Origin: Eubacteriales Family XIII. Incertae Sedis bacterium
GTDB lineage: Bacteria > Bacillota > Clostridia > Peptostreptococcales > Anaerovoracaceae
Direction of reading: 5' to 3'
Length of the DNA: 64,000 nucleotides
Assembly (NCBI GenBank): GCA_031264295.1
Contig: JAISED010000022.1
Span: forward strand, 833 to 64,832
The position numbers were made by a program, and so were the translations under genes. Of the stretch, positions 46,392-54,508 are shown piece by piece. The notes below the pieces were generated by a model. The model was not told the origin of the DNA and ran no database searches. It saw nothing but the letters and a program-made list of their open reading frames with translations. Each line of letters begins with the position of its first letter. The stretch's first letter is position 1.

Positions 46392-47675
46392 TCATCCTCC
46401 AAAAACCATATTCGGCAGCCACATAAATATCTGCGGAAATATCGAAAGCACAGCCACTTCAAATACTACCGCCCCGACAAAGGGTATGCATTCTTTCACA
46501 TAATCCTCCACCGGACACTTTAACAAAGAGCAGGTGGTGTACATGGTAACACCCACCGGCGGGGTCATACCGCCCATCGTGATAGTAGTCATAAAGACAA
46601 TGCCGAAGTGCACCGGGTCGAACCCGAACGCCGTCGCTATCGGCAGGAATATCGGCGTGAGCAGCAGGGTATTCACAGTCGCCTCCATGAACATACCCGC
46701 GACGAATACGAATACCATGATTATGGCGAATACCACCCAGCGGTTTTCACTCACGCCTACTATGAGTTCGGCCATAGTCTGCGGCACCCTGTCATACGTG
46801 AGTCCATATCCGAATATACCCGCCATCATTATGATGAGCATTATCACGCCATTGTCCTTGGCCGTATTTATCATGACCTCATAAAATGATTTCCATGTAA
46901 GTTCCTTATATACGAAGACCCCTATCACCAAGGCGTATACCACGGCGAAGGCGCCGGCTTCAGAGGCGGTGAACAGCCCGAAACGTATGCCGACTATGAG
47001 GATCAGCGGGAACAACAGGGCGAATATACCTTCTTTTATCCCCTTGCATACTTCCTTAAATGTGGGCGGTCTGTCATTTTCCACCGGGTATTGCCGCTTG
47101 TTCGCGATCCTACCCGAGGTGAACATGAGTATAAACATCATCAGTATCCCCGGAATAACACCGGCGATAAATAGCTTACCTATGGAAACGCCGCCTGTAA
47201 CGCCGTAGAGTATGAGTCCGACCCCCGGCGGAATCGTAGCGGTGATAAGACTGGACAGGGCTATTACAGAGGCGGAATAGCCCTTGGTGTAATGCCTCTT
47301 CTCCATATCAGGTCCCAGTATACGCGCTGTCATTGCGGCGTCCGCGTTGGCGGAGCCGGATATCCCGCCCATCAATGCCGCCAGCACGCAGCTGACGTGA
47401 GCCAGCCCGCCGCGCATATGTCCGGTCAGGATCATACTGAAATATATCAGTCTTCGCGTGATCCCTGTGGCGTTCATGAGGTTACCGGCCATGACGAAAA
47501 ACGGTACGGCAAGCAAGGGGAAGCTCTGCGTACTGCTGACCATTTTCTGAACCGGTATGGCCATAGACGCGTCAGGCGTCACAAAAAAGAAGGCTAAACT
47601 GGACAGACCTATGGTATAGGCCAGCGGAACATTCAACAACAACAAAATTATAAATAGTATTGCGACAATGCCCAT
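46392..47675 (-). CDS. dctM: TRAP transporter large permease subunit (DctM family).
   Basis: The 427-aa polytopic membrane protein starts MGIVAILFIILLLLNVPLAYTIGLS.. and follows DctQ and DctP genes. Confidence 0.9.
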   Translation of the reverse strand: MGIVAILFIILLLLNVPLAYTIGLSSLAFFFVTPDASMAIPVQKMVSSTQSFPLLAVPFFVMAGNLMNATGITRRLIYFSMILTGHMRGGLAHVSCVLAALMGGISGSANADAAMTARILGPDMEKRHYTKGYSASVIALSSLITATIPPGVGLILYGVTGGVSIGKLFIAGVIPGILMMFILMFTSGRIANKRQYPVENDRPPTFKEVCKGIKEGIFALLFPLILIVGIRFGLFTASEAGAFAVVYALVIGVFVYKELTWKSFYEVMINTAKDNGVIMLIIMMAGIFGYGLTYDRVPQTMAELIVGVSENRWVVFAIIMVFVFVAGMFMEATVNTLLLTPIFLPIATAFGFDPVHFGIVFMTTITMGGMTPPVGVTMYTTCSLLKCPVEDYVKECIPFVGAVVFEVAVLSIFPQIFMWLPNMVFGG

Positions 47676-47756
47676 ATCGTTCCTCCTGTAGATTAAACGG
47701 CGGTGCCCGTCTGCACGGGCGGTGAGATTGCTTCCGCGGCAAGCATCAGCTTAGCA

Positions 47757-48275
47757 TCAGCTAACATTCCTAGTCTCATCGGATTCACCGGTGAAGCTGG
47801 ACTTCCCCCAATTTTTAAACAGATCGCCGATCTGTTCCGCCACCGTCAGGAGCATGAACGTGCTGCCCAGCGGTATGGCTGCAGTGCCGAATGAATAACT
47901 TATCTTGAGGGTCTGATATTTCCTGAGATAATTATCCATACACAAACCCGTTCCCTGATAAATAACGAATATAAGAAAGCAGAAGATAATGATGTACATA
48001 CCCATCTCAATGATGTTTTGCGCCTTCACCGGAATCCGCTTTACCAACAGATCCACGCCTATGTGCGCCTTGTATTTCATTGCGGCGTCAGCGCCGAATA
48101 TGCACACCCATACAAAGAGGAGCTGCGCCAAATCCACACTCCATACTATGGGGAATCTCAGCGCCCGCAGCAAGGCGCCGAAGAAAACCAGAGCCACAAG
48201 TACAGTCATCATGCAAACTGTAATCGCCACTTCGACCTTACCCACTTTTTCATTGAATTTCTTAAAAGCATTCAT
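47757..48275 (-). CDS. dctQ: TRAP transporter small permease subunit (DctQ family).
   Basis: It is a four-TM protein of ~170 aa. The start is taken at ATG 48275 (MNAFKKFNEKVGKVEVAI), with GAAGGA 6 nt upstream. The ORF-track N-terminal extension is not membrane-protein-like. Confidence 0.75.
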   Translation of the reverse strand: MNAFKKFNEKVGKVEVAITVCMMTVLVALVFFGALLRALRFPIVWSVDLAQLLFVWVCIFGADAAMKYKAHIGVDLLVKRIPVKAQNIIEMGMYIIIFCFLIFVIYQGTGLCMDNYLRKYQTLKISYSFGTAAIPLGSTFMLLTVAEQIGDLFKNWGKSSFTGESDETRNVS

Positions 48276-48434
48276 GATCATTCCTTCTCTCAGAGACGAA
48301 TAGCGTCTGAAATTTACACCGCCCCCAGTCTCACGGTCTGTCCGCGCGTGAGGACTCGGAGGGAGGGTTATCTCCGCCGCCTGTTTCGTATTGCCGGACA
48401 AAACAAGCGCGGGGGCGGCGCAGCACTGAATTTG

Positions 48435-49469
48435 CTACCGGATGGACTCGTCTATGCTGGCTTTCAAATCTTCCCAGCCCATTGTGGTATATACGCTCCG
48501 GCTGGCTTCCTTAAACGGCTCGATGTCTACGGTCACGAATTCCACACCCGCTGTCTGCATCTCAGCCTTCTGTTCAACCTCTGTCTGCAGTGTCAGCTCT
48601 GTGGCGTAGTCGCCCGCCGAGCGTGACTCTTCCAGCAGGATCTGCTGATACTCTTCAGGCAACGACTGGAACCATTGCTCACTTACTACAAGCCCCGTGT
48701 AAAGCAGGAAGTGCCCGGTTTCGGCGATATAGTCTATGACCTCATAAAGCGAAGCCCCGTAGACCGCCGTGATCTGCCCTTCCGCCGCATCAAGCGCCTT
48801 TGACTGCAAGCCGCTGTATACCTCGCCCCACGCCATGGATGTAGGTATGGCGCCAAAGGCCTTCATGCTTTCCTGCGCCACCTCGCTGCCCATTGTGCGC
48901 AGTCTTAGTCCGTTCAAATCCTGTGGCTTTTCCACACGCTTGTTGGTGAGAAAATGCCTTGCGCCCTGATACCAGTTGAAGCTGAGATCGCGCATACCAT
49001 GTGTCGCAAGGGCGTCGTCCCACTCTTTGAAAATATCAGTGTCAATGAATTTCCGCGCATCCTCAATGCTGTCGAATACATAGGGCGCGGAATAAATAGC
49101 CATGTCCGGAACATAGTCCGCCAGAATGCCGGAGTCTATTATTATCCCAACGTTAGTGCCCGATTTAGCCTGTTCGAGCACATCCGCCGTATCTCCCAGC
49201 TGACTGGACGGGTATACTGTAATATCAAGCTTGCCGTCTGTACGTTCCCTTACCGTGTCCGCCATCTGACGCAGCCCGACAGTTATCGGATCCGTATCCG
49301 ACAACACATTGCCTATTCTCAGTGAATACGTCTGACCGTCGTCCGCCTGACCGTTTTGCTCTCCGGTTGGTTCATCCGAACCGGAACATCCCGCCAGTGG
49401 GATCAGTATGAGCATAAAAGCCGCCAGGAGCCATGCGTTCCTTCTATTGCGAAGCTTATTCATAATCAT
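48435..49469 (-). CDS. dctP: TRAP transporter substrate-binding lipoprotein (DctP family), presumably for a hexuronate.
   Basis: It has a lipobox (LAGCSGS) and DctP-family blocks (..LRIGNVLSDTDP.., ..NWYQGARHF..). The start is taken at ATG 49469, with AGGAGGAAGGAA upstream. Confidence 0.85.
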   Translation of the reverse strand: MIMNKLRNRRNAWLLAAFMLILIPLAGCSGSDEPTGEQNGQADDGQTYSLRIGNVLSDTDPITVGLRQMADTVRERTDGKLDITVYPSSQLGDTADVLEQAKSGTNVGIIIDSGILADYVPDMAIYSAPYVFDSIEDARKFIDTDIFKEWDDALATHGMRDLSFNWYQGARHFLTNKRVEKPQDLNGLRLRTMGSEVAQESMKAFGAIPTSMAWGEVYSGLQSKALDAAEGQITAVYGASLYEVIDYIAETGHFLLYTGLVVSEQWFQSLPEEYQQILLEESRSAGDYATELTLQTEVEQKAEMQTAGVEFVTVDIEPFKEASRSVYTTMGWEDLKASIDESIR

Positions 49470-49593
49470 TTCCTTCCTCCTCTTCAACATTCGATTTCCA
49501 CCTCTTCCAAGCCCGGACGTACGGCGGCCGCGGCGCCTCTACGGCATCTGCCTACACCGGAATCGGATTTTCACGTATACATTATCACTTGAA

Positions 49594-49608
49594 ATACTAG
49601 TATGTCAA
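49594..49608 (-). promoter_or_regulatory. Promoter-operator cassette, copy 1 (dctP side): a -35 TTGACA fused to the palindrome ATACTAGTAT.
   Basis: The plus strand reads ATACTAGTATGTCAA. The minus strand reads TTGACATACTAGTAT, followed after a 16-nt spacer by GATAAT. The cassette lies ~125 nt upstream of the dctP start. Confidence 0.45.
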
Positions 49609-49687
49609 TAGTATTTTTTGAAATTTGTCATAAATTTCTCATAATTTAGTATAAAGTGAAAAATTTTTATTTTCGCACAAATGGCTG

Positions 49688-49702
49688 TTGACATACTAGT
49701 AT
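49688..49702 (+). promoter_or_regulatory. Promoter-operator cassette, copy 2 (GH67 side): the identical 15-mer in opposite orientation.
   Basis: TTGACATACTAGTAT is followed after a 17-nt spacer (counted from TTGACA) by TAGGAT. The cassette lies ~110-130 nt upstream of the GH67 start. Confidence 0.45.
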
Positions 49703-49813
49703 TCTTTTGATAGGATATCTCCAAGACAGAACTTACTTTTCGGCGCCGACTTCACTCCGTATCTCTGCCCTATATCCTATTGTATCCATTAACTTATCGC
49801 AAAATACATTATT

Positions 49814-52800
49814 ATGAAAGGAGTATCTTTAATGAACACGTGTACTAAAAGAGGCTTGCTCAGACGGCTTACCGCTGTATTATTCGCTGTAAGTCTGCTT
49901 ACGCCGACGTTCCCCTTCGCGCCGGCTGCTTTCGCTGAACCGTCGCCTGATGATTACAGCGGTTCGGATCTGTGGCTCAGGTATGTCAAACTCGACGACA
50001 GAAAGCTGCTTGACGAGTACGGCAGCGCCGCCGCGGAAATCGTAGTGCAAAACGCGGAAGCGACTAAGGTATTCAGAAAAACCGAAAATCTTACGCAGGA
50101 AGCAGGCGCAAAGGAGGCCCTCGTCGAGGGTACGCTTGAAGCGGCGAGAAACGAACTCGCCAAAGGTCTTGACGGACTTCTCGGCGTAGAAACTCCCATA
50201 AGCGACAGCATCACAAAAGACGGGGCGGTAATCGTCGGTACGCCCGACAGTTCACCCATCATCGGCTCACTCGGCCTTGACGGAGAGCTAGGCGGCATAG
50301 GCGATGAAGGCTATATCATCAAGTCCATCGTCGTTGACGGACACAAGGCTACAGTTATAGCCGCCAATACCGACGTCGGAGCTCTTTATGGAACATTCGG
50401 ATTCCTCCGCCTCATCCAGACGGAAAAGTCCATCAGCGATCTTAATATCGCGGAGCAGCCAAAGGTGAAGAACCGACACCTCGACAACTGGGAGACTACG
50501 CGCCTGTACGCCGGCAACAATGCCGCCGGTACGGGCGGTCTCAACGGCGAGAACGGAACGATATTCAACTTCACGGCCAGCGGCGCCAGCGCCGGTAGAA
50601 TTCTGCCTCTGGTTCTGGACAGGTATATCGTACTGGCCAGAGCCTGCGCGTCTATCGGCATTAACGGGATAGAGATCAACCTCGTAAACGCCAACAACGC
50701 CTATCTCACGAATGCCTACATCGCTCAGGAAGCTGCATTGGCGGACGTCCTCAGACCTTACGGCATCAAGATATCGTTGGCGATCAACTACACAGCGCCC
50801 ACCGACAACCGTTTCGCCCCCGACACCCTTACCAACAGCCAGCTCGACCCTTACGGCGAGCCGTTCCGTGACTGGTGGAACAGGAAGGCCAGCCAGATCA
50901 AGGAGTCCATACCGGATTTCATGGGCTTCACTGTAAAAGCGAATTCCGAAGGTCAACCCGGTCCCCAGGACTTCGGTTACGACCACGGCGACGGCGCCAA
51001 CGGCATAGCCGGAGCTATATCAGACCTCGGCATGAAGGTGTATTGGCGCACCTTCGTCTATAACGCCAATGTGGACAACGACAGACTGAAGAGAGCCTAT
51101 CTCGAGTTCGGATACATCAACGACGAAGAGCAGGACGACGGCTCGGAAGGGCGTTTTCTGGACAATGTATTCCTTCAAACCAAGACCGGTCCTCTGGATT
51201 TCCAAGGCCGTGAACCCTTCCATCCCATGTTCGGCAGGATGGATAACACCAATCAGGCTATGGAAATGCAGATAACCCAGGAATACACCGGGCAGGATAA
51301 GATGCTGTGCTTCTTGGCGCCTATGTGGGAAGAGGTGCTGAAGGCGGACACCTACGCCGAAGACGATGATGGCGTCCTTCTGGAGAACAGGCTCGTGGGC
51401 AACGTCCTCGACGGAAGCGCTCAAGGCCACACGGATACCGCCATGGTAGGCGTAGCGAATCTGGGCAATGCCGACAATATGACGGGTCACCACTTCGCCC
51501 AGGCCAACTTCTTCGCTTTCGGCAGGCAGGCATGGGACTGGACGCTGAATTCTGAAGACATAGCTGAAGATTGGGTGCGCATGACCTGGAGCAACGACAA
51601 AAATGTCGTGGATACCATTGTTGAAATGATGATGGGTTCTTGGGAAGCCCTGGTCAGTTATCAGACGCCTCTCGGTATCGGTCACCAGTTCTATTCCAGC
51701 AACCACTATCCCCCGATGCCGTCCCAGTGGACTTCGCAGGACGACTGGAGTCCCGTTTATTACAACAAGGCGGACAGCGCGGGTCTGGGCTTCGACCGTT
51801 CCCCCAGCGGCAGCAATTTCGTAAGCCAATACTTCCCCACTTTAGAAAGCCTTTACGGTGATATTGACACTTGTCCCGAAAACCTGCTGATGTGGTTCCA
51901 CCATGTACCTTGGGATCGCAGCATGAGCAGCGGCAGGATATTCTGGGACGAACTCGTATACAGATATCAGATGGGCGTACAGTACGTCACCGGAATGAGA
52001 GATACTTGGGATTCCCTCAGCCCTTATATCGATGCCCGCCGCTTTGCGGAGGTCAAGGCGAAGCTGGCGACACATGAGAATGACGCGTCCAGTTGGAGGG
52101 ATACGAGCGTCAACTACTGGAAGGAATTCAGCGGTATGCCCATTCCCGTTGACGGCGGTCCCCTCTCTGCGAAATTCACAATAGCGGGCAAACAGTTTGG
52201 AGGTTTCAATCTTTCAAGCCCATTCTATACCATACGCATACCTTACGGCGCGTCCCCCGTCATTAGGGGCGTGAAGGCGGCAGATCCCGCCGCGAGCTAT
52301 GAAATCGTCTCCCAGGCCGACGGCGTGCCCGGTCAGGCCGTAGTAAAGCTTACAAAGAATGATTTCTTCGGCAAAATTGTCAAGAATTATACCCTGAACA
52401 TTGTTTATGATACTTCTCTGAAAAGTCTCAAGGTAAACGGCAATGAGCTTGATTCTTATTCGCCCGATGTGACCTCCTACAACGTTGTTCTTTCTCCCGG
52501 ATCCGGGATTCCCGAAGTCACGGCGACGGCGGCGGATCCTGCGGCTACGGTCAGCACGGAGCTTGCCGACGGCCTTGCTGTCGTCACAGTCACAAATAAC
52601 GGCGCGCGAAGTGTGTACACCATCAACTGCGTAAGCCTATTGGATGGCAGCGACGAATTCGATTCGCCGGTTCTCAAGCCCGCTTGGTCGTGGCTGAGAG
52701 AAGACTCAGGCAACTGGAGTCTAAGCGATGAAGGCGGCGATTCCACAGGATTTATGACCATCAATGCTCAAACAGGCGACCTTCAGGCAGGTACAAATAC

Positions 52801-53800
52801 TGCGAAGAACGTCCTTCTTCAAGATGTCGTCGGCGACTGGTTCGCGGAGACAAAGGTCGTATTCTCGAGACCCCTTTCCGCAAACAATGAGCAAGGCGGG
52901 ATCATTGCCTACGGCGACGACAACAACTACGTGAAGCTGGGCTGGGAAATGAGCAACGCAGCCGCGCCTATAAACAAGCTCCGTGTCATCGTACTCAGGG
53001 AGCAGAACAACGCGGCGACTACCGCATTCCAGATCACCGGTTCTGACGCGCAGAAGATCGTAGGCGAAGGCGGCGCCATTTGGTTCAGACTTGTCAAGAA
53101 CGGCAACAACTATACCTCATATTATTCGGGAGACGGCGTCGTATACAGATTCATCGGCACTACCACGCTGAACTATTCTGTAAGCAAAGCGGGTCTCTAC
53201 GCCTTCAACAGGGCGGGCACAAGTACCGATCTGCAAGTGGGTTTCGATTATTTCAGGATAGCTAATCTGGGCGAACACGCCGGCAATGCGCAAGCGGTCA
53301 GCGTAACCGCAAATAAGGCGGATAAAACAGTTGCCGTCAGCGCTTCGGGATTCTCTCCGAATCAGCAGGTTTCCCTGTGGGCGTCCTATGGCTACTCGCC
53401 CGGTCCGCTCGCCAATGATTACAGCCTCCGCGCCATCGCAGACGCCGCAGGCAATATACAGCTTAGCCTGCCCGATGAGGTCACCCAAGCAGCTTCCTGG
53501 CTCGGCGGCGAACGCTACTTCGTCTCCCTGAACGGTTCCATAGGTTCCGCACAGATACTCGCCACCGAAGCGAAGGTGAATTCCTCCGCCAGAATCAATC
53601 TGCGCCTCAGGCAGACCCTGCAGCTCGGCTATCAGATCGACGGCGTCGCTTATGAGTTTACATCATCGAATCCATCCGTCGCCTCTGTAGACCCTGATGG
53701 TCTCGTGACGCCGGTAAGAGCCGGGAGCGCCGTGATTACACTCCGTGCTACAGACGGCAGTAATCTTGTTTCGTCGCTGATGATCAACATAACACCTTAA
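49814..53800 (+). CDS. Secreted multimodular GH67 alpha-glucuronidase. It comprises a GH67 core, a cadherin-like domain, a concanavalin/LamG-like (GH43_C2/DUF1349-like) domain, an Ig-like module and Big_2. The likely start is the ATG at 49832.
   Basis: The signal peptide is MNTCTKRGLLRRLTAVLFAVSLLTPTFPFAPAAFA. GH67 blocks include GDEGYIIKS..LYGTFGFLRLIQ, GINGIEINLVNAN, LRPYGIKISLAINY, IPDFMGFTVKANSEGQPGP, WRTFVY, GPLDFQGREPFHPMFG and EMQITQEYTGQ. The C-terminal YEFTSSNPSVASVDPDGLVTPVRAGSAVITLR is Big_2. AAGGAG lies 8 nt before the second ATG. Confidence 0.85.
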   Translation: MKGVSLMNTCTKRGLLRRLTAVLFAVSLLTPTFPFAPAAFAEPSPDDYSGSDLWLRYVKLDDRKLLDEYGSAAAEIVVQNAEATKVFRKTENLTQEAGAKEALVEGTLEAARNELAKGLDGLLGVETPISDSITKDGAVIVGTPDSSPIIGSLGLDGELGGIGDEGYIIKSIVVDGHKATVIAANTDVGALYGTFGFLRLIQTEKSISDLNIAEQPKVKNRHLDNWETTRLYAGNNAAGTGGLNGENGTIFNFTASGASAGRILPLVLDRYIVLARACASIGINGIEINLVNANNAYLTNAYIAQEAALADVLRPYGIKISLAINYTAPTDNRFAPDTLTNSQLDPYGEPFRDWWNRKASQIKESIPDFMGFTVKANSEGQPGPQDFGYDHGDGANGIAGAISDLGMKVYWRTFVYNANVDNDRLKRAYLEFGYINDEEQDDGSEGRFLDNVFLQTKTGPLDFQGREPFHPMFGRMDNTNQAMEMQITQEYTGQDKMLCFLAPMWEEVLKADTYAEDDDGVLLENRLVGNVLDGSAQGHTDTAMVGVANLGNADNMTGHHFAQANFFAFGRQAWDWTLNSEDIAEDWVRMTWSNDKNVVDTIVEMMMGSWEALVSYQTPLGIGHQFYSSNHYPPMPSQWTSQDDWSPVYYNKADSAGLGFDRSPSGSNFVSQYFPTLESLYGDIDTCPENLLMWFHHVPWDRSMSSGRIFWDELVYRYQMGVQYVTGMRDTWDSLSPYIDARRFAEVKAKLATHENDASSWRDTSVNYWKEFSGMPIPVDGGPLSAKFTIAGKQFGGFNLSSPFYTIRIPYGASPVIRGVKAADPAASYEIVSQADGVPGQAVVKLTKNDFFGKIVKNYTLNIVYDTSLKSLKVNGNELDSYSPDVTSYNVVLSPGSGIPEVTATAADPAATVSTELADGLAVVTVTNNGARSVYTINCVSLLDGSDEFDSPVLKPAWSWLREDSGNWSLSDEGGDSTGFMTINAQTGDLQAGTNTAKNVLLQDVVGDWFAETKVVFSRPLSANNEQGGIIAYGDDNNYVKLGWEMSNAAAPINKLRVIVLREQNNAATTAFQITGSDAQKIVGEGGAIWFRLVKNGNNYTSYYSGDGVVYRFIGTTTLNYSVSKAGLYAFNRAGTSTDLQVGFDYFRIANLGEHAGNAQAVSVTANKADKTVAVSASGFSPNQQVSLWASYGYSPGPLANDYSLRAIADAAGNIQLSLPDEVTQAASWLGGERYFVSLNGSIGSAQILATEAKVNSSARINLRLRQTLQLGYQIDGVAYEFTSSNPSVASVDPDGLVTPVRAGSAVITLRATDGSNLVSSLMINITP

Positions 53801-53829
53801 CGCACGGACGCCGGCGGGCGTCTGAATCG

Positions 53830-53876
53830 ACCGCATCGCCGCCGAGGCATGAAGTTTCGGCGGCGAGCGGTTTTTA
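53830..53876 (+). terminator. Intrinsic terminator after the GH67 gene.
   Basis: ACCGCaTCGCCGCCGA-loop-TCGGCGGCGAGCGGT forms a ~15-bp stem with one bulge, followed by TTTTTA. Confidence 0.6.
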
Positions 53877-53910
53877 TACTTGATATGATTTATGGAGGAA
53901 TATACAGATA

Positions 53911-54498
53911 ATGAAAAGAAAGATATTAATACCGCTTGCGGTTTTGCTGCTCACGGTTCCCATATTCCTGGCAGCGGTTTCCGCGGCGGACGACGCCTCT
54001 GACTTCACTCTCGCGCTGAACAGGGCGGATGGAACCGTCACAGTCGTCGGCACGGGATATGAACCGGGTGAAATGGTTTCGCTCATGGCTTCTTTCAATA
54101 AAGCCCAGGATTATCAAAATATGGATTATGTGGATCAGCTGACGGCGGACGGCGGCGGCGACTTCACCATCACATTCCCCACTAAGGACGGCGAACTGCT
54201 CGGCGGCCAGACATACTTCGTCGCCCTGAACGGAGAGGTAAAATCCGAACAGCTTTATGCCACCCAGGTCAAGGCGAATCCGAGCGCGAGAATCTCACTG
54301 CGCCTGCGGAGTTCCTATCAGTTAGACTACCTGATTGACGGCGTCGCCTACGAATTCGTTTCCGGCAACCCAAGTATTGTCAGGGTAGACGAAACAGGAA
54401 AACTCACCCCTGTAAGAGCCGGTACTGCTGTAATCTCACTGCGGGCGACAGACGGAAGCGGCCTCACTTCCTCCGTCACCGTAAGTGTGACGCCATAA
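53911..54498 (+). CDS. Small secreted protein consisting only of an Ig-like module plus a Big_2 domain. It is a paralogue of the C-terminal ~165 aa of the GH67 protein.
   Basis: It has a signal peptide (MKRKILIPLAVLLLTVPIFLAAVSA). Its sequence ..YFVALNGEVKSEQLYATQVKANPSARISLRLRSSYQLDYLIDGVAYEFVSGNPSIVRVDETGKLTPVRAGTAVISLRATDGSGL aligns by eye with the GH67 tail ..YFVSLNGSIGSAQILATEAKVNSSARINLRLRQTLQLGYQIDGVAYEFTSSNPSVASVDPDGLVTPVRAGSAVITLRATDGSNL. Confidence 0.7.
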   Translation: MKRKILIPLAVLLLTVPIFLAAVSAADDASDFTLALNRADGTVTVVGTGYEPGEMVSLMASFNKAQDYQNMDYVDQLTADGGGDFTITFPTKDGELLGGQTYFVALNGEVKSEQLYATQVKANPSARISLRLRSSYQLDYLIDGVAYEFVSGNPSIVRVDETGKLTPVRAGTAVISLRATDGSGLTSSVTVSVTP

Positions 54499-54508
54499 CC
54501 AGGAGGGA

